From an uncultured delta proteobacterium (lineage in GTDB: Bacteria > Desulfobacterota > Binatia > HRBIN30 > BPIQ01): 64,000 bases of DNA. The notes under the pieces were generated by a model. The model made no database searches. It had not been told where the DNA came from and saw only the letters and a list, made by a program, of their open reading frames with translations. Shown one piece after another: positions 59,543 to 64,000 of the stretch (position 1 is its first letter; the number at the start of each line of letters is the position of its first letter). The translations under genes were made by a program, and so were the position numbers. The DNA is taken from the NCBI GenBank assembly GCA_963761335.1, contig CAVXGR010000025.1, positions 1 through 64,000 on the forward strand, written 5' to 3'.

Positions 59543-59869
59543 GTGGGCGATTGGAGCGAGCTACTCAATGGACCGCTGGCGGGCCTCGGCTTCGGGGGTG
59601 CGGCGGGTGCGGTGGTCGGCTATGCCGCCAAGAAGATGACCAAGCTGGTGGCGATTCTGCTCGGCGTTCTCTTCATCCTCATCCAGGCGCTCGTCTATCT
59701 CGGCTGGATCACCGTCCACTGGGAGGCCGTGCAGACGGCGGCGGAGGGCGTCTGGAGGGGCCCCCAGGGGGTCACCCTGGCGCAGCGCGCCATCGACGTG
59801 ATCACCTTCAACCTGCCCTTTGGCGGCGGTTTTCTCGTCGGCTTTGCAATCGGCTTCAAGCTCGGCTGA
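59543..59869 (+). CDS. FUN14 family membrane protein
   Basis: GLGFGGAAGAVVGYAAKK, LVYLGWITVHW, GGGFLVGFAIGFKLG. Confidence 0.82.
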   Translation: MGDWSELLNGPLAGLGFGGAAGAVVGYAAKKMTKLVAILLGVLFILIQALVYLGWITVHWEAVQTAAEGVWRGPQGVTLAQRAIDVITFNLPFGGGFLVGFAIGFKLG

Positions 59870-59897
59870 ACTGCCGCTGCGGGCTAGCCGCTGCGGG

Positions 59898-62573
59898 CTA
59901 GCGACCGCCGCCGGGGCGGCCCCAGCGGGCCGCGAGCTGGCGATCGGGAAGTCGCCAGAGGCTGGCGTGCAGGCGCTGTACGAGCTCGGCGTCGGAAAGG
60001 ACGATCTGGCGCTCCCGCAAGCCGAGACTTGCCGGACCTTCGGCGATCGCCCGCCGCAGCAGAGCCTGGCGCTGTTCGCGGATGCGTGGCCGCAGCCGGC
60101 GAGGGGGGCCCAGGAGCGCCTGATGCAGGGCGTTGACGTAGGGATCGACCGCGGCGCGCACGAAGCCGTCGAGCTCGGCATGCGGCAGCGCCTCGGAGTG
60201 CTGCTGCGCCCGCTGCAGATTCACTTCCAGGTCGCGCAGCTCCAGGGGCGGCTCGGTCTCCTCCGGAATGAGAAACAGGCCCCAAGCGCGGGCGCGCTCG
60301 CCGAGGCTCACGCGACTGGCGAGGACGGAGAGCGGGATCGACAGGATCAGCGCCCCGATGATCGGCGTCACCCACCAGAAGTAGTCCGGGTTGAGAAGGT
60401 AGAGCGTGGTTCCCCAGGCGGTCGCGAAGACGGTGTCGAGGCCGTGGTGGCGAATGGCCTCGAGCCATCCGGTCTCGGCGTCCCCCCGCCCCTGTGAACG
60501 CCAGCTGACGGTGCGCCCGAGGAGATTCTGGATGACGAACTTGCTGTGGAACAGCATGCGGATCGGGGCGAACAGGCTGGAGAGCAGCACCTCCAGGAAG
60601 GCGCTCAGCGACAGGCGGATCGCGCCTCCGTAAGCGCGCGCGTTGCGGCCTTTGAAGACGATCAGCAGCACGCTCAAGATCTTCGGCACGAAGAGAATCA
60701 TGCCGGTGACGGCGAGCAGTGCCAGAGCCCAGTCGGGGCGCCACACCGGCCACAGCGGGAAGAGGCGGTGGGCCGTCGGAAAGTACTCCGGGGGTCGGAG
60801 GGCGTTGATGATGGCCTCGGCGGTGCTGAGAATCAGAAAGCAGAGCCAGAGGAGAGCGGAGACGTAGGACATAATCCCGTTGAGGAAAAGGGCGCGGTGC
60901 GCCCCAAAGAAGCCTTCGGTCGGCACCAGCCGCAGGTGCTGCAGGTTCCCCTGGCACCAGCGCCGATCGCGCTTCATCTCCTCCAGCAACGTCGAGGGAG
61001 TCTCCTCGTAGCTGCCCGGCAGATGGTAGGCGAGCCAGAGAGTCCAGCCGGCGCGGCCGAGCAGGGCGGCCTCGACGAAGTCGTGGCTGAGGATCTCGCC
61101 GCCCAGCGGGGGCTTGCCCGGCAGCGGCGCCAGACCGCAGTGGTCGGCAAACGGCTTGATGCGAATGATGGCGTTGTGGCCCCAGTACTGCCCCTCGCCG
61201 AGCTGCCAGAAGTGCAGGCCGGCGGCGAACATCGGGCTGTAGATCCGGCCGGCAAACTGCTGCACGCGGGCGAACAGGGAGCGGCGGTTGACGGAGATCG
61301 GCGCCGTCTGGATCATGCCGACGCCGGCGTGCTTCTCCATCAGCTGCGCCAGCCGCACGATGCAGTCGCCGCTCATCACGCTGTCGGCGTCGAGCATGAC
61401 CATGTAGCGATACCGTGGGCCCCAGCGCCGGCAGAAGTCCGCGACGTTGCCGCTCTTGCGCTTCAGGCGGACCTTGCGGCGGCGGTAGAAGATCCGCTCG
61501 AAGCCGCCGACGTCCCGGCACCAGTCGGCCCACGCTTCCTCCTCCCGGATCCATACGGCCGGATCGCCGGTGTCGCTGAGGACGAAGAAGTCGAAATGCT
61601 CGAGCTGGCCGGTGCGCCGCAGCGATTCGTATATGGCTCGCAGGCCGGCGAAGACGCGGTCCACCGGCTCCTGCGCGATCGGCATGACGATCGCCGTGCG
61701 CGCCTCCGGCCCCAGCTCACCGACCTCCTCGCCGTCGAGATGGGTGATGGCGAAGCGATCGGGCCTGCCGATCAGCAGGAAGAAGCCCATCAGCGCCGTC
61801 CAAAAGCCGATCGATATCCAGCCGAAGAGCGCCGCAAAAAAGAGGGCGATGACGATCTCCAGGGCACTGTTCCCCTTCTGCGGCAATACCTCGATCATGA
61901 ACTGGCTGGCGATGATGCTGGGGATGAGCACCAGAAAGCCGAGAAGCAGCCGACGGCGCCGCGCCACCCGCGCCCATGGCTGCCCACTCCGCCCGCGCCG
62001 CAGCGGCAGCTCGTCCGCGACCGAGGCGGCGACGCGGCTGCCGAGCAGGCGGCGTAGAAGGCGGCGAAAAACGCGGCGTTCGACGCGTGCCGGAACCATG
62101 GAGCGGCGATTCAGTGGCGGCACCGCGCAGAGCTGCGCCCCGTCGCGTACCGGCAGGGGCGCCGCCGCACCGCGTGAAGTGCCGCCGTTGGCGAATTGGC
62201 CGCTGAGCTTGCCCCAGAGCCGCCACCCGAGAAACTCGTCCTCGGTGGCGGGCGCCGCCTCAGGAGGGGGCGGATACTGGCGCGGCAGCAGGCGACGCAG
62301 TGCCGCGAAGGTCTCGGCAACCGCATCGCTGTCGCCGCTCCAGGAGTCGCTCGCGAGCGCCGATTCGACCGCCTGCGCGGCAAGCTCCTCCTGCTTTTCG
62401 GGCGGTACCCGCAGGGCGTCCAGGTAGGCGACGGCGCGCGCCTGCGCCTCCTTCCAGTTCTGCAGAAGACGCGCCGACGGCACCGCCAGGGACGGAGCCG
62501 CGGACGTCTGCGACTTGCCGCTGGTGTCGGCAGACTCGGCCGGTTCCCCGGCCACGACTGGTTTCTCGCTCAC
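59898..62573 (-). CDS. mdoH: Glucans biosynthesis glucosyltransferase H
   Basis: FVLSDT, RKSGNVADFC, LDADS, YWGHNAIIR, SHDFVEA, RDRRWCQGNLQH. GTGA overlap with mdoG. Confidence 0.96.
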   Translation of the reverse strand: MSEKPVVAGEPAESADTSGKSQTSAAPSLAVPSARLLQNWKEAQARAVAYLDALRVPPEKQEELAAQAVESALASDSWSGDSDAVAETFAALRRLLPRQYPPPPEAAPATEDEFLGWRLWGKLSGQFANGGTSRGAAAPLPVRDGAQLCAVPPLNRRSMVPARVERRVFRRLLRRLLGSRVAASVADELPLRRGRSGQPWARVARRRRLLLGFLVLIPSIIASQFMIEVLPQKGNSALEIVIALFFAALFGWISIGFWTALMGFFLLIGRPDRFAITHLDGEEVGELGPEARTAIVMPIAQEPVDRVFAGLRAIYESLRRTGQLEHFDFFVLSDTGDPAVWIREEEAWADWCRDVGGFERIFYRRRKVRLKRKSGNVADFCRRWGPRYRYMVMLDADSVMSGDCIVRLAQLMEKHAGVGMIQTAPISVNRRSLFARVQQFAGRIYSPMFAAGLHFWQLGEGQYWGHNAIIRIKPFADHCGLAPLPGKPPLGGEILSHDFVEAALLGRAGWTLWLAYHLPGSYEETPSTLLEEMKRDRRWCQGNLQHLRLVPTEGFFGAHRALFLNGIMSYVSALLWLCFLILSTAEAIINALRPPEYFPTAHRLFPLWPVWRPDWALALLAVTGMILFVPKILSVLLIVFKGRNARAYGGAIRLSLSAFLEVLLSSLFAPIRMLFHSKFVIQNLLGRTVSWRSQGRGDAETGWLEAIRHHGLDTVFATAWGTTLYLLNPDYFWWVTPIIGALILSIPLSVLASRVSLGERARAWGLFLIPEETEPPLELRDLEVNLQRAQQHSEALPHAELDGFVRAAVDPYVNALHQALLGPPRRLRPRIREQRQALLRRAIAEGPASLGLRERQIVLSDAELVQRLHASLWRLPDRQLAARWGRPGGGR

Positions 62574-64000
62574 GGCAGAAGCAGATACGACCACGTCTCG
62601 GTCAAGGCGTTGCCTCCCTGCTCGAGAAAGGCCCGCAGCTCGACGGGGTTGTCGGTCTTCGGTCGGACCTGAAAGACCAGTCGCCAACCGCCGGTCTCGG
62701 TGTTCTTCACCACGTGCTGCTCCAACAGCTCGGCGGCGCTGTCGCTGCCGATCACCGTGACCACGGCTCGCAGCACCGTGTCCTCGGGTATTCGCGTCAG
62801 CTTTTGGCCGCTGAAGTCGATGACGAAGCGGTCGACCCCCTTGGCCGGAGAGTCGCGGCGGGTCGCCACCGCCACCCCGGCGGCCGGCTCCATGACGTCG
62901 GCATCGCCGTCGTCCCAGTAGGTCTTGTAGGCGAAGGAGAGCGGCTCCCCGAGTGCCGGCAGCGACGCCGGCACCCAGTAGGCGACGACGTTGTCGTTGG
63001 TCTCGTCTTTGGTCGGGATCTCCACCAGCTCGACGCGCCCGTCGCCCCAGTCGCCTTCGGGGACGACCCAGGCGCTGGGGCGTCGCTCATAGTGGCTCTC
63101 CAGATCCTGATAGTCCTCGAAGTTTCGGTCGCGCTGCAGCAGGCCAAAGCCCCGCGGGTTCGATGTCTGGAAGCTGCTCACCTGGAGGCTGCTCGGGTTC
63201 TCCAGCGGCCGCCACAACCACTCGCCGCTGGCCAGATCCAGCTGTAGGCCGTCGGAGTCGTGAACCTCGGGGCGAAAGTTGTCGAAGTAGCGCACGCCGT
63301 TCTCGCCGAAGAAGAACATGCTCGTCAGTGGCGCGATCCCCAGCTTCTCGACATCCTTGCGGCGGAAGAGACGCTCGTCGACCTCGACCCGCGTCGGCGC
63401 GCCGGGACGCACCACGAATTGATAGGCGCCGCTCAGGCTGGGGCTGTCGAGAAGCGCATAGATGGCCATCTCCTTGGCGCCGGGCGCCGGACGCACCAGC
63501 CAGAACTCCTTGAAGAAGGGGAACTCCTCTCCAGAGCTCAGCGCCGTGTCGATCGCCACCCCGCGCGCCGAGAGCCCGAAGCCGTTGTTCCGGCCGACGG
63601 CGCGGAAATAGCTCGCGCCGAGGAAGACGATCACCTCGTCGTAGTACTTCGGCGTCTTCAGCGGATAGTGGAGCCGGAGGCCGGCATAGCCGAGGTTCTG
63701 CGGCACCTTGCTGGCGAAGTTGTTCTTCCCGTAGTCGAACTGGCTGGGCGAGAACGGCACCGGATGGACGCCGCTGGAGTTCACCACGTTGATGGCGACG
63801 ACCCGGTCGTAGTAGAGCCCCGGGTGGAAGAACTGCACCTGAAACGGTGAGCGGCTGTCGCGCCAGAGGGCGTCTTCCGGACGGAAACGGATGTCCCGCC
63901 ACTGGTCGTAGGTGATGTCGAGGAGCCAGCGGGGGACAGCGGGCGGGGGCGCCTGGAAGGGCTCCTGTGCCAGCTTGCGGGCGCGGGCGATGACGTCGTC
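62570..64000 (-). CDS. mdoG: Glucans biosynthesis protein G, 5'-truncated by the window edge
   Basis: YDQWRDIRF, FLGASYFR, GLSARG, GEEFP, APLTSMF, RPEVHDSDGL, ETWSY. Confidence 0.96.
   Translation of the reverse strand, partial: DDVIARARKLAQEPFQAPPPAVPRWLLDITYDQWRDIRFRPEDALWRDSRSPFQVQFFHPGLYYDRVVAINVVNSSGVHPVPFSPSQFDYGKNNFASKVPQNLGYAGLRLHYPLKTPKYYDEVIVFLGASYFRAVGRNNGFGLSARGVAIDTALSSGEEFPFFKEFWLVRPAPGAKEMAIYALLDSPSLSGAYQFVVRPGAPTRVEVDERLFRRKDVEKLGIAPLTSMFFFGENGVRYFDNFRPEVHDSDGLQLDLASGEWLWRPLENPSSLQVSSFQTSNPRGFGLLQRDRNFEDYQDLESHYERRPSAWVVPEGDWGDGRVELVEIPTKDETNDNVVAYWVPASLPALGEPLSFAYKTYWDDGDADVMEPAAGVAVATRRDSPAKGVDRFVIDFSGQKLTRIPEDTVLRAVVTVIGSDSAAELLEQHVVKNTETGGWRLVFQVRPKTDNPVELRAFLEQGGNALTETWSYLLLP

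Overview
GC-rich bacterial chromosome segment. The gene content (Cys-rich secreted cohesin/DUF1566 proteins, many acyl-CoA dehydrogenases and CoA-transferases, F420-type PPOX protein) suggests a deltaproteobacterium such as Candidatus Binatia; this taxonomy is inference only. In order, the window contains: (1) the edge of a probable island at the 3' end of tRNA-Lys, carrying a CapRel/RelA-SpoT-like C-terminus, an HNH nuclease and a multiply frameshifted DUF1566 gene; (2) a housekeeping block (DUF72, VIT1, tRNA-Arg/Pro/His, rdgB, rph, a sensor-less sigma54 activator plus a stand-alone receiver, trmJ, RNase Z-like, M16 peptidase); (3) a long lipid/acyl-CoA uptake and catabolism region (CoA-transferases, ACADs, CoA ligases, YCF48-MMPL-DUF1329, enoyl-CoA hydratase, SDR, fused ETF); (4) an unannotated 45-aa ORF coupled to a 2OG-Fe(II) oxygenase, followed by an 18-unit ~84-bp GTAG-REP-doublet tandem array and sthA; (5) a general-stress cluster (tkt, gabD-like, HPF, otsB, DksA/TraR, sodC, broken ku); (6) a cohesin/dockerin-like secreted protein and mdoGH. 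Many long intergenic gaps hold a palindromic or mirror-repeat element, from several unrelated families, yet no transposase is visible. All protein calls come from motif recognition by eye, not from database searches.
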